From: a virus
Length of the DNA: 64,000 nt
Reading direction: 5' to 3' (one strand)
Virus record (IMG/VR): IMGVR_UViG_3300025133_000038
Span: 1 to 64,000 of that record
Shown here one piece after another: positions 46,381 to 54,520 of the stretch; positions within the stretch are counted from its first letter, which is position 1, and each line of letters starts with the position of its first letter. The position numbers were made by a program, and so were the translations under genes. Under the pieces are notes generated by a model. It saw only the letters and a program-made list of their open reading frames with translations, did not search any database and was not told the DNA's origin.

Positions 46381-46962
46381 ATGAAGATTTACATAACATC
46401 AGATACTCACTTTAACCACACTAACATCTGTGGTCCCGCCATCTCCTCATGGGACGGTGGATACAGACACTTTTCTTCCCTGCAAGAAATGAATGATACT
46501 ATCATCGACAACATCAATGCTGTCGTTGGTAAGAATGATGTACTCTATCACCTGGGAGACTTCGCCTTCGGAAATAAGAAGGAAATCCCTACTCTGAGAG
46601 AGCGTATCAACTGTGGTACAATTCACCTCCTGTATGGCAACCATGATGAGGCTATTGAGCATAAGTTTCCTGAATATCAGAAGCTCTTTGCTTCAACAGG
46701 CCACTATGTTGAGAAGCGTGTCAATAAGAAGAAGGTTTGTATGTTTCACTATCCTATTGCTGCGTGGAATGAGAATGGTCGTGGGTCTATCAACCTACAT
46801 GGTCACTCTCATGGTAACTTTAAGGCAGTAGGGCGTCAGCTAGACGTTGGTGTTGACTGTCACGACTTCAAGCCTCTGTTGCTTGAGGATGTGGTTGCTC
46901 AGGTCAGGGAGTTGGATGTTATTACTGTTGACCATCATACTAGGGAGACTAACTATGGATGA
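46381..46962 (+). CDS. Metallophosphoesterase
   Basis: SDTHF, LGD, GNHD, HYP, HGHSH, DVGVD. Confidence 0.9.
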   Translation: MKIYITSDTHFNHTNICGPAISSWDGGYRHFSSLQEMNDTIIDNINAVVGKNDVLYHLGDFAFGNKKEIPTLRERINCGTIHLLYGNHDEAIEHKFPEYQKLFASTGHYVEKRVNKKKVCMFHYPIAAWNENGRGSINLHGHSHGNFKAVGRQLDVGVDCHDFKPLLLEDVVAQVRELDVITVDHHTRETNYG

Positions 46963-47137
46963 TATAGAATATGTTGTTGAATGGGATTTGTCTGCTGAGG
47001 CACTAACAAAAAGGATTAACTTAAGGTTAGGGTCAGGGTGGAAATTTCATGGAAGCCTAGTTTGCTCTCAACATCGTTTATATCAAGCTATGATTAAAAC
47101 TAAGGGGGATGAGGCTGACGAGCCGAATCCTAGGTAG
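46955..47137 (+). CDS. Small DUF1737-like protein
   Basis: IN..L.SGWK.HGS..LYQAMIK pattern. Confidence 0.55.
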   Translation: MDDIEYVVEWDLSAEALTKRINLRLGSGWKFHGSLVCSQHRLYQAMIKTKGDEADEPNPR

Positions 47138-47247
47138 TGTGTAGGATAGGTGGGAGACTGAGAAGCATAGGCACAAGTCATGTGGAGTCGTTCTTGAAAT
47201 ACCACCCGCTACCTTTCCTTTTTTCTCAGAAAAACCCGTCGTCCCCC

Positions 47248-47275
47248 TTGACAAAACGGTTCCATCCCCTATAAT
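47248..47275 (+). promoter_or_regulatory. sigma70-like promoter
   Basis: TTGACA-N16-TATAAT. Confidence 0.85.
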
Positions 47276-47310
47276 AGCTTTATACGAGACAGGAAACAAC
47301 GGAGGTCACT

Positions 47311-47529
47311 ATGAAGGCTGGAGATATTGTTTATATTAAGTCTGAGCTAAAGCAAGGACATGTTGAAGGTTTCGAGATTACCAGTGAGTATAAAGCCACC
47401 CTTCCTCTCTATGATTGGTGGCTAAGAATTGAAAGATATGGGGAGCCGGATTCGTTCGCCCCCTACAAAGAAAGTGAGTTGACATTAGACCATGAAATAT
47501 ATAGTTCAAGACATGAAACTAAGCGATAG
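47311..47529 (+). CDS. Hypothetical protein
   Basis: GGAGG RBS. Confidence 0.75.
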   Translation: MKAGDIVYIKSELKQGHVEGFEITSEYKATLPLYDWWLRIERYGEPDSFAPYKESELTLDHEIYSSRHETKR

Positions 47530-47735
47530 TCACCCAACTAATCCTGGGGAAAAAGTCTTTCGCCTGTTGAATCTCCACACCAGACTGCTGAGCCTGGGAT
47601 ATTACACCAGCTTTGATGCGTGTGTGAAGATGTGCCAGAAAAAGAATGAGAAAGAATCACCATTACCGTCTTAAGTATCCCTTAGGATATTTTAGATACT
47701 TTTTGGGAGAATAAGTGTATAATATGATACGAATG

Positions 47736-47807
47736 GGGCGATTAGTATAATGGTCACTACGGCTGGCTTACATCCAGCAGCAGGGGGTTCGATTCCCTCA
47801 TTGCTCA
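47736..47807 (+). tRNA. tRNA-Val(TAC)
   Basis: GCTGG-CTTACAT-CCAGC. Confidence 0.9.
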
Positions 47808-47940
47808 CTCCCGTCATTGCGGTGGCATGTTGCCGACAGACGTAAGATAAGCGTAACACATGCAGTTACTGGACACGACTATAGAAGTGTCTAGGTAGGA
47901 AAAGGGTTGGCTTGGAAACCGACTACGTCCTACCGAGCTT

Positions 47941-48029
47941 GGAAGGTAGGCAACTATTGGTTCGTTGCGCTGGTTTTGAAAACCAGTTGTCGTAATGGCA
48001 GGGATTGGGTTCGATTCCCCCACCTTCCG
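47941..48029 (+). tRNA. tRNA-Ser(TGA)
   Basis: CTGGT-TTTGAAA-ACCAG; long variable arm. Confidence 0.9.
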
Positions 48030-48061
48030 CTTAATAAACAAACTTTAGATAGAGAGATAAC

Positions 48062-48433
48062 ATGGCTGGTACATTTACCCTTACTCTGTATGGTACGTTA
48101 GTCAACGGAGAACACACTGAGACATTTGGTACTTCCTCTAAGTCAAGTATTGTTCAGACTGGTCAGGGAGTTCAGGGTTCAACCGTTGCGGTTGGCACTT
48201 CTGAAGAGGTTATGGTCACTGGTGATATTACTACAGAAGGTATCATATATTTGAAGAATCTTGATTCTGTAAACTACGTTACGTATGGTCCTGAAAATGC
48301 TGGCTCCCTAGTTAATTTTGGTAGGATTGCTGCTGGTGAGGAGGCTTGGCTTAGACTTGAGCCAGGAATCACATTTAGGTGGATTGCTAATACTGCTGAA
48401 GTTAAAGTTTTAATGAAATTGTTTGAGGACTAA
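48062..48433 (+). CDS. Hypothetical beta-rich protein (possibly virion-associated)
   Basis: T/G/V-rich composition; KNLD motif. Confidence 0.7.
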   Translation: MAGTFTLTLYGTLVNGEHTETFGTSSKSSIVQTGQGVQGSTVAVGTSEEVMVTGDITTEGIIYLKNLDSVNYVTYGPENAGSLVNFGRIAAGEEAWLRLEPGITFRWIANTAEVKVLMKLFED

Positions 48434-48444
48434 GGTTCTCTTTT

Positions 48445-48513
48445 GCTTCTGGTTACTGGTGTACGTCGCTGTCTTGTAAACAGCTAACCTCCGTTCGATT
48501 CGGAGTAGAAGCT
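48445..48513 (+). tRNA. tRNA-Thr(TGT), short D arm
   Basis: GCTGT-CTTGTAA-ACAGC. Confidence 0.85.
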
Positions 48514-48515
48514 CT

Positions 48516-48627
48516 TGCGGGTGGTAGGTCGGTTGAATCACTAAACTAAGAAAATGTCTAGTGGGTTCTTAATCTTGCTAAGCCTCATAAGCTAAGTATA
48601 AGCAGGTTCGACTCCTGTACTCCGCTA
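48516..48627 (+). tRNA. tRNA-Met(CAT)-like with about 40-nt hairpin insertion in the D loop
   Basis: GCGGG../..CCGC acceptor; loop CTCATAA; GCAGG-TTCGACT-CCTGT; GAATCACTA/TAGTGGGTTC insert. Confidence 0.7.
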
Positions 48628-48630
48628 CTT

Positions 48631-49200
48631 GTCCCACTGTCATCGGGACACAAAACTAGTTTACCCTTTCGGAATGACGGGTGATTAGACTGCTTGCAGT
48701 ATAGATGAAAGGTCGTTCTAAACTTCCTCTTCCATGAGGGAGAATAGAGCATGGAGACTAGAGGATAAAACCTGTGGCAGGGTAGAAACCTCTCAGTAGC
48801 TAGACGGTAAGAGTGAGGGTGCCATCCCTTATGTCTGCTGAAAGGAACGATAGTTTTTGGGTGTTTTCCTGATGTACGTCATCGGTTCATAGCAAATGAA
48901 TCTGGGAAATAAAATACCATAGCAGTAGGAGGAAGTGCCTACGGTTGTTGGCGAAAGCTGATGATGCTGCTCGAAAGAGGTAAGCTAGACGGACTTCCCA
49001 GGTCTTGAAGGTTTACGAATGAAGGGTGTGGTGGCTGCAACCACTATGTTTTAAATCCAGAACTTCTACTGCTAATTCAGCGTGCTGTTGCGTGGGTGAG
49101 AACTCAACAACAGGGGTGAAGTTTGCGAAGGCTGTTATAGGTCGTGTAGTACTCCGAGAGGAGGTCACAAACTGAGAACATAAACTGCTAAAGTTCTCTT
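48631..49200 (+). ncRNA. Large ornate ncRNA (about 570 nt), GOLLD/ROOL-class candidate
   Basis: No credible ORF; many nested helices including a 12-bp long-range stem 48920-48931/49063-49074; GNRA loops; flanked by tRNAs. Confidence 0.7.
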
Positions 49201-49206
49201 TTTTAT

Positions 49207-49277
49207 ACCAGTGTCCCAAGGTCAGGGAGTGTGCTTTCATAAGGCATTACGCTGAGGTTCGAGTCCTCTCACTGGTA
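49207..49277 (+). tRNA. tRNA-Met/Ile2(CAT)
   Basis: ACCAGTG/CACTGGT; GTGCT-TTCATAA-GGCAT. Confidence 0.85.
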
Positions 49278-49377
49278 CTTATATGAGGGGACGGTACAAA
49301 TGGCTGTCAGCAGAAGCTAGACTCAAGCGGGCTGTGGTATGCGTCGTGCAAGGGTCATTCCCCGCAACCCTCTCCAT

Positions 49378-49448
49378 TGGTCATTAGTGTAATGGTAGCA
49401 CTAGAGACTCTGAATCTCTCAGTCTAGGTCCGAATCCTAGATGACCAG
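49378..49448 (+). tRNA. tRNA-Gln(CTG)
   Basis: AGAGA-CTCTGAA-TCTCT; T loop TCCGAAT. Confidence 0.9.
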
Positions 49449-49465
49449 CTTAAAGGACAAAAACT

Positions 49466-50119
49466 ATGGACGAAGTAATACTGATGCACCCCATGAAGAC
49501 CGGGGGGCGCACACTGATAGTTAAACTCAGGAAGCATGGAATGTTATATGCTGATGGACTATTAGCTCACGATACACTTAAAGAAGTTGTGGGAAGAGTT
49601 GGTGGATATGATTCGTTTGTATCCCGCACCTCCCTCATGGTGGCAAGAAACCCCTACTCAAGGTTGGCTTCTTTCCATCGCTTCTGCGCGAGGCTACCTA
49701 AGTCTCATGCTTACGAGTATTGTCTTACTTCATTTGAAGATTTTGTCTTAGAGCATAAAGATATATTAACAACACTATGTACTCCCCAACATAAATACTT
49801 TATGTATGAGGGTAAGTGTATAGTAAATTACATAGCAAAGTTTGAGAAGTATGGACCAGAAGTAACGTGGTTCTTAAGAAGCATTGGGATTAATGACCCA
49901 ATTAAGACAGATAACTTTCGTATGTGGAAGGAGAAGTATACTCCTGAGACACAACGTATTGTTTATGAGGCTTTTGAACAAGATTTTAACCTGCTCGACT
50001 ATGAGTTTGAGATTGATGAGGAAGAGGTTAGGTTTAAGCCTGTAAGGTCTCTACCTAATATTCAGGATGAGTTGAAGTTGCTCTATCCTAAGAAGCATTG
50101 GTTCTTTTGGACAAAGTAA
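49466..50119 (+). CDS. Sulfotransferase (family 2)
   Basis: HPMKTGG, RNPYSRLAS, PQ, DF..LDY motifs. Confidence 0.85.
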   Translation: MDEVILMHPMKTGGRTLIVKLRKHGMLYADGLLAHDTLKEVVGRVGGYDSFVSRTSLMVARNPYSRLASFHRFCARLPKSHAYEYCLTSFEDFVLEHKDILTTLCTPQHKYFMYEGKCIVNYIAKFEKYGPEVTWFLRSIGINDPIKTDNFRMWKEKYTPETQRIVYEAFEQDFNLLDYEFEIDEEEVRFKPVRSLPNIQDELKLLYPKKHWFFWTK

Positions 50120-50126
50120 TTAATAT

Positions 50127-50200
50127 GGACTATGGCTCCTCTGGTTGGGGAGGCCGCTCTTATAAGGCGGATGTGCGGGGTTCGATTCTCCGATAGTCTA
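50127..50200 (+). tRNA. tRNA-Ile(TAT)
   Basis: CCGCT-CTTATAA-GGCGG; GGACTAT/ATAGTCT. Confidence 0.85.
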
Positions 50201-50408
50201 CTGAGTTTGATAGTATGGGTTATGTGTCGCATGGCGAATAAACTATACCTACAAGCTCTTGCGTTCGCCCTCTCTGGTAAGGGGCTGAGTCGAGGGTTGC
50301 CATGCAAGCAACTGATACAGACTCCTTGACTGTGACCAGCACAGGACATGACGCTTCTAAACGGTATGGAGATGACTTACGAAGTTTGAGGGTTGGTGGT
50401 GGGAACAT

Positions 50409-50476
50409 AGCGGTGATACTGGTGTATACGGGAGGCTTTGAACTTCCTAGGCTTAGTCCGATTCTAAGTGCCGCTG
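50409..50476 (+). tRNA. tRNA-Gln(TTG), minimal D arm
   Basis: AGCGGTG/TGCCGCT; GGAGG-CTTTGAA-CTTCC. Confidence 0.8.
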
Positions 50477-50501
50477 CTTTTTTGATTCAAGAGTAAAGAT
50501 T

Positions 50502-50729
50502 ATGGATTTATTAACTTACTATGGGGTGGACTGGCTTGCTGAAGCACTGGTCCTTATTGGATATGCTCTTATAGTATACAAATCCCGCAACGGTTGGTTA
50601 GTGTCTGCTACTGGCAGCCTAACCTTCGTTGCATTCGGATTTATGTCTGGTAGCATCGCAGTGATACTATCAAGCCTGGTATTCCTAGCATTAAACATAC
50701 TAGGATACAAGAACGGTAAGCCTGATTAG
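50502..50729 (+). CDS. PnuC-like 3-TM transporter (half-size)
   Basis: DW..L.LIG..L..K.R.GW; three TMs; LNILGY. Confidence 0.65.
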   Translation: MDLLTYYGVDWLAEALVLIGYALIVYKSRNGWLVSATGSLTFVAFGFMSGSIAVILSSLVFLALNILGYKNGKPD

Positions 50730-50791
50730 TATAGCGGTTATTATTTAACTTTGGTATAGTTAAGAGGACAGTTCGACTCTGTCATTAGGCT
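50720..50791 (+). tRNA. tRNA-Thr(GGT)
   Basis: TAACT-TTGGTAT-AGTTA. Confidence 0.9.
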
Positions 50792-50793
50792 CT

Positions 50794-51552
50794 ATGATTA
50801 AACAATATATATGCCCTAAATGTTATATCGAGTGGGGCAGACCAACAAAAAAACAACAAACAAATCTTTTGTGCAGGGATAAGTGTAATCCTGTTGACAA
50901 AAGTAATCCTGTTGACAAAAGTAATCCTGTTGGTAAGAAACAACAACCAAAAGTAGTAAAGAAGTTAGAGCCTATAGATGCTTTCTTCTTACATCCTGCT
51001 AAGACAGGTGGTACTGCCATAAAGGCTGCTGTAAAACAAACTAATATGAACTGGGGATGGCCTAAAAAACCAGGGTTTGCTAAGTGTTGTTCTTCGACGC
51101 ATTCCAAAACAGAAGAACTTTTTAATAGAAATATTCTTTCAAAGGATATGTTTATAGTAACCTCAATAAGAGACCCTTGGGAAAGATGTGTTTCTTATTA
51201 TTATTTTTGTCAAAGAACTAAACAGGGTGGAGCTAGAAACATGGGATTTAAACCCTTCTGTTTAAATGTCATACCTGATTATAAAAGATTTAAGCATATG
51301 TTTCCCTGTTGGGAGTATGCTCAGTATGCTGATGCTACAATAGACTTTAATCATATGCAAAGAGATTTTGATTCTGTTTGTAAAAAATTAAATAAAGAGA
51401 GTATTACTATACCAATAGTTCAAAAGATGGTTACTAATTATGAAAAACCTTATCTTGATAATTACGACCAAGAAACATTAGACTTTGTTGAGGAAATGTT
51501 TATGGATGACATTGTTCATCTAGGCTATAGGAAACCAACGCTTGAGGAATAA
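50794..51552 (+). CDS. Sulfotransferase (family 2) with N-terminal Cys-rich/repeat extension
   Basis: HPAKTGG and RDPWERCVSYY; NPVDKS repeats. Confidence 0.85.
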   Translation: MIKQYICPKCYIEWGRPTKKQQTNLLCRDKCNPVDKSNPVDKSNPVGKKQQPKVVKKLEPIDAFFLHPAKTGGTAIKAAVKQTNMNWGWPKKPGFAKCCSSTHSKTEELFNRNILSKDMFIVTSIRDPWERCVSYYYFCQRTKQGGARNMGFKPFCLNVIPDYKRFKHMFPCWEYAQYADATIDFNHMQRDFDSVCKKLNKESITIPIVQKMVTNYEKPYLDNYDQETLDFVEEMFMDDIVHLGYRKPTLEE

Positions 51553-51726
51553 ATTATGATGTTCAGCCCACCTATTTTGAGTAATCAAATACTAGATAGT
51601 ATTCATCCCCCTATCTTATTAGAAAATGAAAGTAAGACAGAATTTCCTTTGGATTTTTTACTCTCTCATAGTGAACAACTAAAGAAAGAACTGCGGTTGC
51701 TCTTAGAGAAAAACGATACAATACCT

Positions 51727-51810
51727 GGAAGATAAGCGAATGGTTAGCAGACTCCTTGGAAAGGAGTTGCCCTGAAATACGGGTTGCGGGTTCGAGCCCC
51801 GTGTCTTCCG
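51727..51810 (+). tRNA. tRNA-Ser(GGA)
   Basis: ACTCC-TTGGAAA-GGAGT; long variable arm. Confidence 0.9.
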
Positions 51811-51837
51811 CTTAGTGGACCTGCAATTTCACTACAC

Positions 51838-51869
51838 AGCTCACGTACATATGTGCGTGGGCTTTTTTT
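51838..51869 (+). terminator. Rho-independent terminator ending the tRNA region
   Basis: AGCTCACGTAC/GTGCGTGGGCT plus T run. Confidence 0.8.
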
Positions 51870-51898
51870 ACACACCTACAGAAACAAAGAGAGATACT

Positions 51899-52384
51899 AT
51901 GCTAGACTTACAATTTAAAAGACTGGACGATGCTGCTACACTACCAACCAAATCAAATCCTAAGGATATGGGCTGGGATATTTATGTTGTTGCCGATGTT
52001 AGTTTTCGTAGTCTTCCAGTAAGTGGGTGCGGCCCTAATTGCACCAGCTACATTAAGACAAAAACCCTTATGCCAGGACAATCACATAAGTTTAAGACAG
52101 GTATCGCCTGTGCTATCCCAGACGGATATGGTATGATGTTCTGGGATAGGAGTGGTCTTGGGTCGAAGGGCGTTCATAGATTAGCTGGGGTTATTGACTG
52201 TACTTATCGGGGTGAATGGCAGATTTGTTTAACCAACCTGGGCGGTAGGGCTATTAAAATTACAGAGGGCGACCGCATCGTACAGGGTGTTCTTCAACAG
52301 ATGGTTGAGGCTGAGGCTCGCTGGGTTGATGAGTTGGATGAGACTGAGCGCGGCGAAGGTGGATTTGGTTCAACAGGAGCATAA
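51899..52384 (+). CDS. dut: Trimeric dUTPase
   Basis: GWD, DRSGL, GVIDCTYRG, RIVQ, RGEGGFGSTG. Confidence 0.95.
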   Translation: MLDLQFKRLDDAATLPTKSNPKDMGWDIYVVADVSFRSLPVSGCGPNCTSYIKTKTLMPGQSHKFKTGIACAIPDGYGMMFWDRSGLGSKGVHRLAGVIDCTYRGEWQICLTNLGGRAIKITEGDRIVQGVLQQMVEAEARWVDELDETERGEGGFGSTGA

Positions 52385-52385
52385 G

Positions 52386-53114
52386 ATGAAAAATACAGTG
52401 ATTATTTTGGGAGCCTCTTATAGATGTGGCTCCACCTTTGTCCAGAGACTATTAAATTCGATTCCAGATGTGTTAATCCTAGGTGAGGAAAACATGGTTC
52501 TACCTAGCTCAGGGAAAAGTATATCTTCCTCATTGAGGAACGAAGAGGGGGCTAAGGAGCAGAAAGAAAAGGTCTTGGGTGGTGAGGATTGCTGGCAAGC
52601 TAATCTTGGTATGGAACCAGAGTCAGTAAGCAGAGCAGCAGGGGCATATTACTATCAGTGGTTTATGGATTCCTATAAGAGTATGGGGTATGAAAAATCT
52701 CCAAGCACTATGGGTTTTAAGAGTTTATTTGCAACAAGAGATACTCTTGGCGGGGCAATAAATATCTTTAAAAACCCGTATATTATCTTTTTACACAGAA
52801 ACCTTAGGGATTCTTTTGCTTCATATAGTAAGTGTTCATGGAAAGGGTATAACTTTAGAGAGTTTTGTGGTATGTGGCAAGATTCTATGGCTTTAATGAC
52901 AAGTCCCTACGATGATATTCTTAGTTCGCGAGTCAAATATGAAGACATTAAAGACTTTGGGTGGCTTAAAGATATGGAAGACAAACTTGGCCTAGATATT
53001 GACTGGGATAAAATAGATAAGGTGGCAAGTTCTAAAATTAGAAACGCTAAGCCTGAGCAAGACGTAGAGCTTGACGAGAAAGATAAGATTGTACTGGAGA
53101 ATCTATGCCCTTAA
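52386..53114 (+). CDS. Sulfotransferase family protein
   Basis: GASYRCGSTFVQRLLN, GFK, HRNLRDSFAS, KYED. Confidence 0.8.
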   Translation: MKNTVIILGASYRCGSTFVQRLLNSIPDVLILGEENMVLPSSGKSISSSLRNEEGAKEQKEKVLGGEDCWQANLGMEPESVSRAAGAYYYQWFMDSYKSMGYEKSPSTMGFKSLFATRDTLGGAINIFKNPYIIFLHRNLRDSFASYSKCSWKGYNFREFCGMWQDSMALMTSPYDDILSSRVKYEDIKDFGWLKDMEDKLGLDIDWDKIDKVASSKIRNAKPEQDVELDEKDKIVLENLCP

Positions 53115-53373
53115 ATTTAAATTCTTTCTCATGTGGGTGTTGGGAATCTCTTGATGAGAATGATACAGTCGTCGATAAAGGGTGCTGTTTGAGACATGAA
53201 ATAGAGATGCTTTTGGAGGATAATCGTGACAAAATGCACAGTGTGTAAGGTTCCTGTTGCAAAGTACTGCACTCATTGCAGCAAATGCATGGATACTTTA
53301 GAGGTCCAAGACTGGAGAACATACGAAGGGACTCTTCTAAGAAGAGAGATTAAAGAACTATTGGAGACTAACG

Positions 53374-54450
53374 ATGGAAGAAAATGAAAATAAAACAATG
53401 AGCTTCATGGGAGCTAGGCAACCAACGGGTTATGGGATTGCTGGAACGAGTGTAGCCTGTGCCTTTCATAATCTCGGTCACAAAATTACCTTCCATGATA
53501 TAGCTGGACAAGCCGTTTATTATAACAGCCATAAAGAGCAATTAATACTAGAAGAGATAGTCAACCAGGGTGTTATGTTTAATTATGACGCTCCGTGCGT
53601 TAAAATGTGGCACCAGTTCAATATGGATAAGTGGATTGGTAGAGGTAAGAAGATTGGCTGGCCCATCTTTGAGCTAGATAGTTTTAACGAGGTTGAAATG
53701 CATCACCTTGCTTTCCCTGATGAACTAATAGTCTGTTCACAGTGGGCAGCCGACATAATCGAGGCTGAGCTTAAGCGTAAGGCACACGTAGTCCCTCTTG
53801 GTGTAGACCCCTCAGTATTTTATCCTGGAGAAAAAGAGCGAGACGACAGTAAACCATTCACCTTCTTAAATATGGGTAAGTGGGAAGTCCGTAAGGGACA
53901 CGATGTATTAGCCGACATATATAATATGGCCTTCCGCAAGGATGACAATGTTAAGTTGGTGGTACACGCCCCTTTTGCAGCGTCTGAAAAAGAAAGACAA
54001 GACTGGATTTCTTACTACAAGAACACTAAGATGGGGGACTCTATTGAGTTCTTACAAAGAAAACTCCCAACTCATAAAGAGGTGGCTCAGTGTATGAGGG
54101 AGCATGACTGCGGTATCTTCCCTGCCAGAGCCGAAGGTTGGAATATGGAGTTGCTAGAGATGATGGCTGTCGGTAAGCCTGTCATCGCCCTTAATGCTAG
54201 TGCCCAAACTCAGTACTGCACTGAGGATAACTGCCGTCTAGTTGACTTTGAGGAGCTAGAGCCAGCAGTAGACGGTATTTGGTTCCACGGTCAAGGTTCA
54301 TGGCCTAAGATTGATACCAAGCAGATGCAGGATATGGCAGACCATATGCGTGCTGTGTATGAGAACTGGCAGTTTAACGAAGCTGGTGTTCAGACTGGTC
54401 AAGCCTTTTCTTGGGAAAATTCAGCGAAAATACTTGCCGAAATTTTGTAG
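53374..54450 (+). CDS. GT-B (GT4) glycosyltransferase
   Basis: RKGHD and EGWNMELLEMMAVGKPVI. Confidence 0.9.
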   Translation: MEENENKTMSFMGARQPTGYGIAGTSVACAFHNLGHKITFHDIAGQAVYYNSHKEQLILEEIVNQGVMFNYDAPCVKMWHQFNMDKWIGRGKKIGWPIFELDSFNEVEMHHLAFPDELIVCSQWAADIIEAELKRKAHVVPLGVDPSVFYPGEKERDDSKPFTFLNMGKWEVRKGHDVLADIYNMAFRKDDNVKLVVHAPFAASEKERQDWISYYKNTKMGDSIEFLQRKLPTHKEVAQCMREHDCGIFPARAEGWNMELLEMMAVGKPVIALNASAQTQYCTEDNCRLVDFEELEPAVDGIWFHGQGSWPKIDTKQMQDMADHMRAVYENWQFNEAGVQTGQAFSWENSAKILAEIL

Positions 54451-54457
54451 GTAGCTC

Positions 54458-54485
54458 TTGACAAATGCCAGCTATCCCCTATAAT
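54458..54485 (+). promoter_or_regulatory. sigma70-like promoter
   Basis: TTGACA-N16-TATAAT. Confidence 0.85.
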
Positions 54486-54520
54486 TTAGGAAACAACCGA
54501 GTTCTTTTGGAGATTGAATA

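Noticed and set aside
48745-48860. Group I intron core (GAGACTAGA ... GATAGTT resemble R/S elements)
   Set aside because: No interrupted gene, P1 splice site or convincing P/Q elements could be identified; kept only as a model to test
50884-50931. Promoter array (TTGACA inside an 18-bp repeat x3)
   Set aside because: In-frame coding repeat (NPVDKS) with no -10 box at the expected distance
25046-51898. Many ORF-track entries or N-terminal extensions overlapping tRNAs (for example 25396, 26072, 28108, 33200, 35700, 38191, 41401, 47907, 50132)
   Set aside because: Shadows of tRNA genes; true starts lie downstream of the tRNAs
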